64,000 nt of DNA from an uncultured delta proteobacterium (GCA_963803975.1 CAWDOY010000025.1:32001-96000), one strand, 5' to 3'. Positions 22,603 through 35,129 are shown, counted from the stretch's first letter. Notes: generated by a model not told the origin, from the letters alone. Made by a program: numbers and translations.

Positions 22603-22712
22603 TTGTGCACCGCTGAGTACGCCCCTCGGCCATGAGCAACTCGGCCTTGAGCTCGGGGCCGAATGGCAGAGATCGCAGAGAATAAACTCTTCAAACGATA
22701 GGGATTAAACGT

Positions 22713-22925
22713 ATGGTCAAGCATATTGTTGATATAGAAAAGTGCGTCGGTTGCGGCAAGTGCGTTGAAAACTGCTCTCTGGAACTCTGGGTGATGGTGG
22801 ACCGGGAAGGCAGCAAAAAAAAACTTGCACAAGTTACCGAGGAGGCTGCCCTGATTTGTCATACCTGCGGCATGTGCTCTGAAGGATGCCCGGAAAAAGC
22901 AATTGTTATAATTAACGAGGCATAA
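22713..22925 (+). CDS. 2x[4Fe-4S] ferredoxin
   Basis: CVGCGKCVENC and CHTCGMCSEGCP. Confidence 0.9.
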   Translation: MVKHIVDIEKCVGCGKCVENCSLELWVMVDREGSKKKLAQVTEEAALICHTCGMCSEGCPEKAIVIINEA

Positions 22926-23274
22926 ATCCATGCCCTTATATCCCGGATGCCAGCACCTGAATGCCTTTTCGTCATGGCCTCCCGTAACAATATTACCGCA
23001 GCACTGGATGTCTTTATAATAACTCAGAGGGAAGTATTCCCTCACCTCGAGAATAGAAAACGCAAACATCTCATTCTGGTTCATTTCTTATACCTTATAC
23101 CGCTCAGTAGTTACCCGGCAAAAACGCATCACCTCCTGTCTGCACTCATCTCTGATACACCGGTGTGATAGGTGCGTTTTGTAAATCACAAATAATCAAT
23201 CCCCCCATCTATTACATGGGTGGAGCCTGTTCCAAATGGCTTGTTAGAAGTTACTTGAAGAAAGGAGTACCGGG

Positions 23275-23919
23275 ATGTCTGATACATTAGAAAAACTAAG
23301 ACAGTGCATAGTTGACGGTGATGATGACATGGCGACAGCGCTGGCTGAGGAGGCATTGCAAAGCGGTGTTGACGTTCTGGAAATTGTTAAAACAGCAATC
23401 ACCCCCGGCATTGAGCAGGCAGGCAAACTGTGGCATGAAAATATATATTTTATGCCGGATGTGGTATTAAGTGCAGAGGCTTTCAAGGCAGCCATGCAGG
23501 TGGTTAAGCCCCACGTCCAGGGGCGGGAAACAAGCAGCAGAGGGAAAATCATTATCGGAGTGGTCGCCGGAGACATGCATGATCTGGGCAAGAGTATTGT
23601 TATTGCCATGCTTATGGGAGCAGGTTTTGACGTGATAGATTTAGGTGTTGACGTTCCCGCAGAGACATTCATTGAAAAAGCAAAGGAGCTGAAGCCGGAT
23701 ATTCTGGGGATCGGCTGTTACATGACCACAACTATGCTGGAGTTAAAAGAAGTGGTGCGGTCTCTGAACGAACATGGCTTGCGGGACAGGATAAAAATCA
23801 TGATCGGCGGAGTACCCACCACACAGCAGTTTGCTGACGAAATTGGTGCAGATGCGTGGGGCAGAGATGCCCTTGATACCGTAGTAATAGCTAAACAGCT
23901 TATGGAGAAGGTACATTAA
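23275..23919 (+). CDS. Corrinoid (B12-binding) protein
   Basis: GDMHDLGKSIV (DxHxxG), DLGVDVP, IGG..TQQFADEIGAD. Confidence 0.93.
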   Translation: MSDTLEKLRQCIVDGDDDMATALAEEALQSGVDVLEIVKTAITPGIEQAGKLWHENIYFMPDVVLSAEAFKAAMQVVKPHVQGRETSSRGKIIIGVVAGDMHDLGKSIVIAMLMGAGFDVIDLGVDVPAETFIEKAKELKPDILGIGCYMTTTMLELKEVVRSLNEHGLRDRIKIMIGGVPTTQQFADEIGADAWGRDALDTVVIAKQLMEKVH

Positions 23920-23920
23920 G

Positions 23921-25193
23921 ATGGATGATACTAAGAGCAGTTCTAAAAACTCAGCATTGGTCAACCATGGGGCAAACAATGGCATTAAACCCGATCCACG
24001 TGATCCCAAGAGCTGGTGGACGGCGTACGCTGCGCAGAGACCGAAGTGGATACCGATCATGGCCCCTCTGGCTGAACATGCTCAGTTTTTAACGGGCATA
24101 CCGGCCAGGCGATTTTATGCAGATGCGCAAATTAATGTATACACGCTGGCGGCGCTGGCAGCATATTACGGTTTCGATAATGCAATGGGCGTAGGCGATA
24201 CCTACAATTATGAGGCGGAAGCGATGGGTCAGAAACTGATTTACAGCGAAAACGCCATGCCTACTGTTGATTCCCGCGACCCGCTCATTAAACAGCCGGA
24301 TGATTTGAAAAAAATAAAGGTTCCTGACTGGCTTCATGCCGGCCGTATTCGTTTCGTTCTTGATCTCATCAGGCTCAATTCTGAAATGGGCATGATGGGC
24401 GGTAAATTTTGCGCTCCCTTCAGCCTTGCGGTCAATATTCGCACCTATCCGCTTTTGATAAAAGACCTGCGGAAAAATCCTGAATTTGCCCATGACCTTT
24501 TTACCTTCCTGGTAGATGAGATTCTGACGTCATACCTGAAATGTCAGAAGGAGCACTGCGGTATTGCCGCTGCAACAGCACCCGATGCCTGGTCTGCATT
24601 CCCCAACCTTTCGCCGGACCTTGCAGAGAAATGGGTATTACCCTATGCTGAGCGACTCTTTAAGAATTGCCTCAATTTTGACGTGAAAGCGGTTGTTGCC
24701 GGAAGCTGTGATTATTGTGAAGAGCGGATAGAGAAATTCGACAAGGCTATCCTTTTCAGATGTTTTGACGTGCAGAAAAAGCTTGCGTTTGGTATGCCCA
24801 TGGTTTTTTTAGGGATGGGAAGATGGCATGAATACCCGCTGGAGCCTGTTGTTGAGTATTTAGCGCAATATAAGAACAAATAATGTTCGCGCTACGGTGA
24901 TGGCCCAGATAAATGCCCGCCTGCTCCGTGATGGCCCGGCAGACAAGATCGTTGATCTTGTTAAACGCCTGATTGACACTTTCGGCCGTGATCACAACTT
25001 GACCATTATTATGTCAAATGTTCCAGCTGACACGCCTCCACGCCACATTCACGCGGCTGTGACAGCGGCGCACACCTATGGCCGTCTGCCGCTGGCTGAA
25101 AATCTCGATACAGTGGCATTCCATATCCCGGAGCGGGAGTCCTTTCAGGAATATGTCCATAAGATGTCAGGAGGAATTGGTCTGGGTTTTTAG
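23921..25193 (+). CDS. Uroporphyrinogen-decarboxylase-family methyltransferase (MT1/MtaA-like), frameshift near 24880
   Basis: EAEAMG, GRI, APFSLA..R, C-terminal VPADTPPRHIHA; operon context. Confidence 0.78.
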
Positions 25194-25251
25194 CTCGTAC
25201 CAGCATAACAGATACAACAGGTTACGTAAGACAGGGAGCAGGGTGCGTTTA

Positions 25252-26158
<907 letters not shown>

Positions 26159-26169
26159 AGGGACTGCAT

Positions 26170-27969
26170 GTGACAACCTGCCGGATCGAATTTCTTCCCG
26201 TTGGCACGCAGGTGCGTTGCCCGCATGGAACGTTACTCAATTATGCAGCGCGTGATGCCGGCATCGCTCTCGTCTCAGTGTGTGGAGGGGCCGGCAGCTG
26301 CGGGAGATGCAAAGTAATAATTGAACGAGGAGCGGTTTCAACGCCAACCCCTGTTAGAGCAGCAAAAACTGAGTGCGGCTGAAATCGCATCAGGGTATCG
26401 TCTGGCCTGTCAGACCCGCGTGCAGAACGATCTAACCGTTTATATTCCTCCCTTGTCAATCCCTGGTGAACTGCAGGCAAATCTGGCGTGTGAGGGTCCC
26501 GGTGAGCCTGTCGACCCGGTAGTACAGGATGTGCTCATTACGCTGCGGCCGCCAGGGTCCCTGAATCACAGCTCCTGCTGGGAGCGATTCGTCACAGCAG
26601 TTAAAAACTCCTCCGGCATCGACGTAACAAAAGCTGACCTGCCAGCCCTGCGGCAGGTTTTCTCAATCCTTGATACGTGCGGCGCTACTGCGCAGGCACG
26701 TATTCGCGCCGGGGAGTTGATCGATGCAGGGCCGCCCGGACAGCATCCCCTGGGGGTTGCAATCGACCTTGGCACGACAAAGATCGCCGCATACCTGATA
26801 GATATGTTGACCGGGAAGCTCTATAGCGCTGTGGGTATGGTAAATCCACAGTGCAGCTTTGGTGGTGATGTGATGAGCCGCATTGCCTGCGCTATGGAAC
26901 ATGGCAGCGCACAGCTTCGGCAGACCATCATTGATGGACTTAATCAGCTTATCAAAGAGCTTTGTCAGGACCCGCATAAAATTATCGAAATGGTGATCGT
27001 GGGTAACACTGCCATGCATCACCTGGTACTGGAACTGCCGGTGCACCAGTTAGGAAGTGCACCATATATTCCTGCAATAGTACACCCCGCTTGACGTCAA
27101 GGCACGCGATCTCGGCCTGGATATAGCACCGGGTGCGTACGTTCATATGGCTCCCAATGTAGCCGGCTTCATCGGCGGAGATCATGTGGCGATGGTCCTT
27201 GCAACCGGCATATATAACACACCCAAAACAGTACTGGGCATTGACATCGGCACTAACACGGAGATTGTCCTTGCCTGTAACGGTACGCTGCGCAGCACTT
27301 CCTGCGCTTCAGGGCCGGCATTCGAGGGGGGCCATATCACCTGCGGCATCCGGGCGATAAGCGGTGCCATTGAAAAAATAAAAATCAAGGATGGCGTTGT
27401 GGAGTTTCAAACCATCAGGGGTATGCCGCCGATTGGGTTATGCGGGTCCGGGATACTTGATGCTGTTGCTGAACTCACCAGGTGCGGCATCATCACGCAC
27501 CAGGGCCGGTTAGTCGCTGGCCCGGCTGTTCTCACGCGCGGCAATGCAGCAGAATTTGTGCTCGTAGCCCCGGGAAAAAAGCGGCACGGGCAAAGACATA
27601 ACCATTACGCAGCAAGATATCCTCGAAGTCCAGCTGGCAAAGGCGGCCATCCGCACCGGCATTGAGGTGCTCCTTGTGGAGGCCAATGCCGGCATTGAGG
27701 TAGTAGAGGAAATTATCTTGACGGGAGAATTCGGAACACAAATAAATCCCGCAAGCTGTATTGCAATCGGCATGTTTCCATTGTTTCCGAAAGAGCAGTT
27801 CAGGATGGTAGCAAATGCTGCCGGCCTGGGGGCAATGCGCATCCTCATTTCCAAAGCACAGAGAACACTGGCTCACGAAATAGCACAAAGGATACAGTAT
27901 CTTGAACTGATGACCTATCCCGGATTCCACAAGCAATTTGCCTCCGCGCTGTATATCCCGACAAAGTGA
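26170..27969 (+). CDS. Corrinoid reductive activator (RACE/ASKHA family, N-terminal 2Fe-2S), frameshifted
   Basis: CGGAGSCGRC, RLACQT, IDLGTTKI, DIGTNTEI, GPAFEGG, GLCGSG. Confidence 0.9.
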
Positions 27970-28328
27970 CGCCCCCCCCCGCCCATCCCGAACGCATTCG
28001 GAAAAGCGATTGACCATTTCCGGGGCTTTCACGATAATATGCCGGTAATTTCTACCTATCGCATTGCGCATTGATTCATAAACAATGTGCTGTGCTGATA
28101 TGTGGCAGAGCAAAAGGGTGTTCTTTAAACAGCCTTCTGATAAAAGGAAATTACGAAAACCAAAACAAAAATAATAAGGCGCCCCCTTTTATATGGAACA
28201 GACAAGTCCGGGTATCTTGGAAATTAACGTAAAATGACTCTCCCCTGCCCTGGTAATAAATTGTACCTGAGTCCTGTTGCCGTTACTGGTATCAGGACTT
28301 TTTTTGCACCATACGCCTGATTCCCGGC

Positions 28329-29537
28329 TCACGGCAGCATTTTGCCCGGGCTCTGCAGTTTCTCCGGCAGATAGGTTTCAAGCACGTAGTTCAAGCCGCG
28401 CGCGGCGAATGCCTGCTGCTCCACACGCACCCCCATCTTGATCATCTCTTCCAGGGCGTGCTGCCACGGCTTGTTGTTTTTAAAGAACGGGTCGTTTTTC
28501 ATGGCATCCTGGGCGCGCTTTTTGTCTTTTTCCTCAAGGGGATGGGTGGGCAGGTTGTAGTCCCGGATGTCCTGGGGTGTCACGCCGATAAGCCGCGCCT
28601 GGGGCACACAGAAAAATTCGCTGATGTGGGCCGCGTTGCCTGAGCCGACTTTCATGGTGCGGTAGATGTTGCAGTAGCCGTAGGGGTCACCGTCAGTAAA
28701 AACATAAACGGGGAGCTTGCAGGCATCGGCCAGAAGGCGCACAAAGCGGCGGTTGGCGCGGGTGGGCACGCCGCCCATGGCAACTATGATGCACTTGCCG
28801 TCCTTCCAGTAGGCATGGCCGTTCAGCCGCTCAAACAGGGCAGCGGTCTCAACCGCGAGGATGAATTTTGCCTTGGTGCGGAATTCAAGACCTTCAACCC
28901 GCGAGGGAATTGAGTAGCTTCCCCGGCCGAACGCGGTACAGTCGATGTCAATCTTTCTGCCGGTCGCGGGATCAATGTCAATCACAATGAGCTCACCCGC
29001 GACCGAGCCGTTCTGCTCGGCAGGGATGAATCCGAGCTGCTCGCGGTTCACGCCGACCATTGCCTCGATGTCATCCATGATGGTATCCGACTCGTCCTGT
29101 TCCTTGAACGAAGCAGGGCCCCAGCCTGCTTTGCCTGCTTCAGCGCCGCGCTTTGCGGAACCCTTGGAAGTGTAGTAGACTTCACGTTTTGAGGCAAAGT
29201 CATCGGTCTCGATCAGGTGCTTGGCAAACGCCATCATGCGCACGGACTGGGCAAAGGGCTTGACGGTCTGGTACGAGAGCGTTCGCTTGCTCACTTTGTC
29301 GCCGATGGTGAAAAAACCCTTTGCGCGGCGAAAACGAAACATTGGTCAGGCTGCGGATGGGTATCCGAAGTGACGGCCGGCGGCCCCCTTTGATTTCCCC
29401 GTAGATCCCTCTGCCTGCGTGACCAGCCCTTTCATCGCCGGTGAGCGCGATGGGACGGTCTGTGAACGTTTCTTATCTGATCCAGCGGCTGCTCCCTTTT
29501 GTGCTGTTTTTTTTGGCGCGTCTTTCTTAGCCATCAT
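28329..29537 (-). CDS. top6A: DNA topoisomerase VI subunit A (frameshifts near 5' end)
   Basis: KREVYY catalytic Tyr, QDESD, TOPRIM VET and FTDGDPYG, GGVP. Confidence 0.9.
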
Positions 29538-29598
29538 TGCTCCTTTTTATATTTTTAATCAGCGTGCTGCTGTTCACGCTTTTTCCTGTACATTAGCG

Positions 29599-31236
29599 TT
29601 ATTCCCGGTGCCGCTCCAGCAGCCCGGTCAGAGTCTGCACAACGTTCTGCTCCTCCTTTTCAGAAAAGCCCAGCAGCTCCCGCAGGCCGATGCCGATGTG
29701 GGGAATATAGGTTGTGATATAGTCATGCTTGCGCTGCTCGTCGGTCTCGCGCCTTCTGTGCGAGAGATATATTTTCAGCTTCCTGCCGCAGTCCTGCAGT
29801 GCTTTAATAATCTGCTCCTCGATCTCCGGATAGCTCGCGATGGCCTCCTTTGATTCACTGGTGAACGGCACCCAGACCGAGGCCATGTGTACGACAATGG
29901 TGAGCGGGCCCAGTGGCAAAGAGCCGCGCGGCTGGCTCAGGCTGTAGTTGCGCCAGTTGGTCTGCACTACCGACTGGTAGGCGCAGCACCCGCCCTGCTG
30001 ATAGAGAAGCGGCACGCGGTTGGCCATGCGCAGCACCCGGGCCGGCGCATCTCCCTCCTGCTCGCTTCCGCCATAGGCAAGCGCGGCTTCAATGATAAAC
30101 GGGTTGCCCCGGTACACCGCGGGCGGTCGGGTCGTTGATGCATAAAAATCCGCCGGCACTACGGACTGGAGCCCCCGGATAAGCTGTTCCTCGCCGATGG
30201 GTGCAACACAGCTGGTGGGCGGGTTCATGATCTTTGTCTTTGCGATCCCCTCAAGCAGCTTTTCAATGTCCGCGTGGCTGACGCGCGATACCAGCGCGTT
30301 CGGCGACAGGCCCGCGTTAGCGCAGATTTCTTCGGCAACGCGTTGTGAAACACGGGAGAATTCATGCTGCAGAAACCCTGCAAGGTTGCGCGCCCTGGTG
30401 TCCTTCAGCAGCGCCTGCATGACACCGAGTTCGACCCCAAGCGGGTGGGGCTTTATTTCCTGGGTGTGCGCGGGAAGCTCATGGCTTGTACGCTCATAGG
30501 TAATGGTCTCGCCCCCCGGCTCCTTGTAAATTATCCGCACATGGGGATTGGCAATCGCGGTCTGGCGCAGGTATTCATCTATTGACTGCTTGCCGTGTGT
30601 GTGCTTGCCCTCAAGCTCAATCGCCACCTGCGTTCCGTGTTCAACGTCCCACTCTGTTTCCCGGTCGCTGATGATCTCCGGTTTGTTTTTCTTAGTGTCG
30701 ATCTGCAGCCGGAAGTGATGGGCGGGTTTAGTCTTATGCGTGCGGCTGGTGATTTCAACCGGCTTTCCGGTGGTGAGCATGCCGTACATGCCGGCAGCGC
30801 TGATGCCGATGCCCTGCTGTCCGCGGCTCATTTTCAGGCGGTGAAACTTCGAGCCGTACAAGAGCTTGCCGAAGATATTGGGGATCTGCTTTTTTACAAT
30901 CCCCGGGCCATTGTCCTGAACAATTATCAGAAATCGGTCCCGGCCCAGGTCCTCAACCTCGACCAGCACTTCAGGCAGAATCCCCGCCTCCTCGCAGGCA
31001 TCAAGGGAGTTGTCTACCGCCTCTTTTATCGCCGTCAGCAGAGATTTTCTGGGGTTGTCGAACCCCAGCAGATGCCGGTTCTTGGCGAAGAATTCCGATA
31101 CCGAGATATCGCGCTGCCGCGCTGCCATGGTTTCGGCGGTTTCATGAGTGCGATGTTTACCCTTTGCCGGAATCCGGGATGTTTCTTCTTTCTCTATATT
31201 CTGTATTTCTTTTATGGCAATTTCTTTGCGCGCCAT
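29599..31236 (-). CDS. top6B: DNA topoisomerase VI subunit B
   Basis: ISVSEFFAKN, KEAVDNSLDA, DNGPGI, SRGQQGIG, RMANRVPLLYQ, VPFTSESKEA. Confidence 0.95.
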   Translation of the reverse strand: MARKEIAIKEIQNIEKEETSRIPAKGKHRTHETAETMAARQRDISVSEFFAKNRHLLGFDNPRKSLLTAIKEAVDNSLDACEEAGILPEVLVEVEDLGRDRFLIIVQDNGPGIVKKQIPNIFGKLLYGSKFHRLKMSRGQQGIGISAAGMYGMLTTGKPVEITSRTHKTKPAHHFRLQIDTKKNKPEIISDRETEWDVEHGTQVAIELEGKHTHGKQSIDEYLRQTAIANPHVRIIYKEPGGETITYERTSHELPAHTQEIKPHPLGVELGVMQALLKDTRARNLAGFLQHEFSRVSQRVAEEICANAGLSPNALVSRVSHADIEKLLEGIAKTKIMNPPTSCVAPIGEEQLIRGLQSVVPADFYASTTRPPAVYRGNPFIIEAALAYGGSEQEGDAPARVLRMANRVPLLYQQGGCCAYQSVVQTNWRNYSLSQPRGSLPLGPLTIVVHMASVWVPFTSESKEAIASYPEIEEQIIKALQDCGRKLKIYLSHRRRETDEQRKHDYITTYIPHIGIGLRELLGFSEKEEQNVVQTLTGLLERHRE

Positions 31237-31523
31237 GTTCTGCTCCATATTATTATGTCCGCTGGATATTCTGAGCTATAGGCAGGTTTTGTAACAGTAT
31301 AGGGTAATATATATAGTGTGTCAATAGGGTATGCTGCCCAAGATATAGTGTTTGGAAGGCAGTCATGATGGATAGCGCCGGGATACCAGAAAGACGAACA
31401 GCGTTGCAGCTTTTTTAACATTTATCAAATCCTCTGGTAAATTTGCAGCTTAAAAACATTTTCTTCTCTGCGCTCGCTGTGGTACTTATTAACACAACAT
31501 TTAATTTTTCACAGGAGGTAATT

Positions 31524-32157
31524 ATGAGCACCGTGCTGATATATTCAGGCTTCACCGCGCATCGAGCGGTCCTACTCAATAGCTGTGGCTAATGCGTTTA
31601 TTGAGTCATACCGGAAGCTGCATCCAACAGATGAAATCATTACCATGAATCTTTTTCAGAAAGACCTGCCGCCTTTTGACGGGCTTACCGTGCAGGCGAA
31701 ATACACCATCATGCACGGATTGAAGCACACGGAGGAAGAGCGCGCAGCCTGGCGCACGGTGGAGGCGCTTATTGCCGAGTTTAAGTCCGCAGACAAGTAC
31801 GTGCTGGCTGTGCCCATGTGGAACTTCTCCATCCCCTACCGTCTCAAGCAGTATATTGACATTCTGGTGCAGCCCACCTACACGTTTAACGTTACTGAGG
31901 AAGGCGGCTATGACGGGCTGGTTAAATCGAAACCGATATTCTTAGCCTGCTCGAGCGGCGGCGAATATCCTGCCGGCACACCCTATGAAGCCTATGACTT
32001 CCAGACTAAGTATCTGAAACTGATTCTTGGTTTTATCGGGTTCACTGATATCCGCCTGCTGACCATCGGGCCCACCCTTAACCAGGGGCCTGACGTCGCA
32101 AAAGAGAAGCGGGCCCAAGCCATTGCCAAAGCACAGGAAATGGCACAATCATTTTAA
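31524..32157 (+). CDS. azoR: FMN-dependent NADH-azoreductase (5' frameshift)
   Basis: QASPR..SYS, PMWNFSIP, SSGG. Confidence 0.88.
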
Positions 32158-32418
32158 ACACCGCAGCTTGAAAAGGCACATCCGCAGTATGTCAGCTTAT
32201 TTGATACTTGATATTGAGGTTGCAGTCGCCGCAGTCCCTGGAAATCGCCTCGCTCAGAGAGCAGTCTGCCGTATCCCGGGCAATAATAGTTGAGGGTTAC
32301 GGGCAGCAATGATATAATAATATGTTTATGACTGACAGCACACCTTCTTTTTGCAGAATAAACCATGTAGGAGGAGAGTGTTCTGTTTATCGCGAACTTG
32401 CAGACAGGGAGGGACAAA

Positions 32419-33896
32419 ATGGTTTCTTACAGGGTTACTAATAACTTCTACCGGAGCATTTTATGTCTTCGTTTTTTTCTGTTTACTGCTGCAACTGGTG
32501 CTGCAGCAGGCGCACGCACAATCCATCAATCCCCGGAACTGGTCGCCCACGTGGATAAGCCCGGCCTGGCAGCGGCCGGATAACATGACCACGGATGGAG
32601 ATATCAGCGTGCCGGGTGACGTGAGCCTTGCCCAGTATATTGACCCGGCAACCTGCAAAGGCTGCCACCCTGACATCTTCGCGCAATGGAATGGCGGCAT
32701 GCACTCATCGGCTTTGCAGGACCCGGTGTTCCAGGCTGCAACCAAGCTGTTTCTGGACGCCGCAAATAAAACCGGTAATCAGGGCTACATTGAGGAGGCA
32801 AAAAGCTGCACGCGGTGTCACACTCCCGGCGGGGCATCTTTCAAAAACGGTTGAAACCACGGCAGACGATTACAGCAGATTGCCTGCAGAGGATGGCCGG
32901 TCAGGTATTTTCTGCGATTTCTGCCACAGCGTAAAATCATCTGCAGGCATCGGCAATGCTCCGTTTAAAGTCTGAACCGGGGGAAAGCGCCACCAGCCCG
33001 GGAACGAAATGGGGGCCGCGTAGCGACTCACCGGATACCGGTTACCATAAGACCGCTGTTTCCCAGCTCCACAGCCGCTCTGAGATGTGCGGCATGTGCC
33101 ATGATGTTTCCCACACGCTCAACGGCATGCCCATAGAGCGGACCTACACTGAATGGAGGGAAAGCCCCTATAATACCGGCGATCCTCATACAACGGTGCA
33201 CTGTCAGGATTGCCATATGCGGCAGAAACCCGGCGTGCCGGCAACCGGTTCAACGGACGGCCGGACAACCCCGGCAAATCCTGTGTTTTCGGCCCCCAGC
33301 GCAGCCACATATTTACCCACTACATCGTCGGCGCGAACGCAGTGCTGCCGTCAAATGAAACCACCAGACAGCTTGCCGTTGAGCGTCTGCAAAACTGCGC
33401 TGAACTTGAGATAATCGTGCCACAGCGTATTCAGCTGCTAAAAGAAAACCATTTCCAGGTGGTGGTGAAAAATGTCGGCGCCGGGCACTATCTGCCAACC
33501 GGGCTGAGCGAAGTTCGGGAGATGTGGCTGCATGTGAAAGTTACCAGCGCCCTGGGCGCAACGCTGTTTGAATCAGGTGCCGTTGCTGCCGACGGCACGG
33601 TTGACACAAATGCCCGGATGTTTAATATTGTACTGGCGGACAAGGACGGAAATCATACCATCAATGTTGCGCTTGCAGACCATATCGTTTCCGACACCCG
33701 CATACCGCCTAAGGGCAGGGCCGCTGAGACATACACTATCCGCGGATCATTACCGGCCCTTGCCGGGGCCACCATTACGGCGACACTCCGGTATCGCAGC
33801 GCGCCGCAGGCGACTATAAACGAGCTTCTTGGCAAGTCAGCACCAATTCTGCCGATTATTGATATGGCCTCCGCGACAAATAAAATAGCGGGCTGA
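32419..33896 (+). CDS. Multiheme c-type cytochrome (5 CxxCH), frameshifted
   Basis: CKGCH, CTRCH, CDFCH, CGMCH, CQDCH; signal peptide; GAGHYLPTG. Confidence 0.85.
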
Positions 33897-33945
33897 TACG
33901 TTTATAACGTTTTGCTGGTCCATTAAAAATGCCTGGGAGGACGGA

Positions 33946-34299
33946 ATGAAGAAACCTGTAGTGCTGGCTGCCGTGGTATGTTTCTTTCTTGTCTGCAGCG
34001 ATCCGTCACAGGCAAAAGAGAAAAAGAAGGAAAAAGAGCAGCAGGATAAACCCGCTGCCGCAAAGATCATTGATGTAGCACAATGCACCTGTACCGATGT
34101 GCTTAAAGAAAAAGACAAGAGGGTCATTGCAGTCGGTGCAATCTGGGTTGACGGATACCTGAGCGGGAAAACCGGCGAAACCAGGATTGATTTGAACGAC
34201 CTCGATTCGCTCGCAGACCGGGTCAAAGCATATTGCGAAAAGAACCCGACCGCACCGATTCTTGATGCGGTAAAAATTTCATCGGAGCAAAAGTACTAA
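33946..34299 (+). CDS. HdeA/HdeB-like secreted protein
   Basis: Signal peptide; TCTDV, IWVDGYLSG, YCEKNP. Confidence 0.7.
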   Translation: MKKPVVLAAVVCFFLVCSDPSQAKEKKKEKEQQDKPAAAKIIDVAQCTCTDVLKEKDKRVIAVGAIWVDGYLSGKTGETRIDLNDLDSLADRVKAYCEKNPTAPILDAVKISSEQKY

Positions 34300-34329
34300 A
34301 ATCAGTGATGCATACCGGACTGATTGCTT

Positions 34330-34368
34330 CAGGGACGGCGGCCGCTGCGTTGACGCCGTCCCTTTCTA
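34330..34368 (+). terminator. Intrinsic terminator
   Basis: AGGGACGGCG ... CGCCGTCCCT TTCT. Confidence 0.6.
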
Positions 34369-34394
34369 ACTATCTATATATCTATACCGCGCTT

Positions 34395-35096
34395 TCCTCC
34401 CACACCAAAAGAGCAGGAGAGGTTAGTGGATCTCGGGAAAAGCAGTCCGGCTATTGATACTGCGTATTTCCCCAATACAAGCAACGGATTGTATTGGACA
34501 GGAACCACCTGCAGCGGATGCCACAAGCACAAAGCCTTTGCCATGGATTTTAACTGATGGCAGAGTATATTTTGGCAAAAAACAGGTTAATTATAAGGAT
34601 ACGGTGAATCCGCCGATTTATGAGTACTGGTATGTGCGTGCGGTAAGAAACGCTACCGACCCTGATAATGATGGAATCTTTGATCCGGCTGATAACTGTC
34701 CTACTGTATACAACCCTGACCAGAAAGATAGGGATAGCGATGGAATTGGTGATGCCTGTGACGAAACACCGACGCTCATCAATCTCTCTTCCTTTACTGC
34801 CTTCGCCGAAGGCAGGAAAGATTATCCTTGCCTGGACAACCGAGTCAGAGATTAGCAATGCCGGCTTCAACCTGTACCGGTCACACACCAGGGATGGCGG
34901 ATATATCAAAATTAACGACACCCTTATTCCAGCCGCCGGCTCGCCGCTGCAGGGCGCCGCGTATGAATTTGTCGATAACAGCATAACGGCCTGGAAACCG
35001 TATTTTTACAAACTGGAAGATATTGACATGAATGGCACGGCAACAGTGCACGGCCCGGTCTTTGTGTGGCCGCGCATGATGCTCGGTTTCAGATAA
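34395..35096 (+). pseudogene. 5'-truncated secreted-protein remnant (DUF1566-like + thrombospondin type-3 repeat + C-terminal beta domain)
   Basis: [67 protein letters not shown]; no start codon or signal peptide found. Confidence 0.6.
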
Positions 35097-35129
35097 CAGC
35101 TTGACGACACGCGCCATTGCATAAACATA

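Noticed and set aside
22926..23274. Cobalamin riboswitch upstream of the corrinoid operon
   Set aside because: Hairpins are present but the conserved B12-box and GGGAA..GGTG core are not recognisable
23921..25193. Genuine uroporphyrinogen decarboxylase (hemE) supporting the tetrapyrrole theme
   Set aside because: No RQAGR motif, and context between corrinoid protein, MtrH-like and activator genes indicates a methyltransferase
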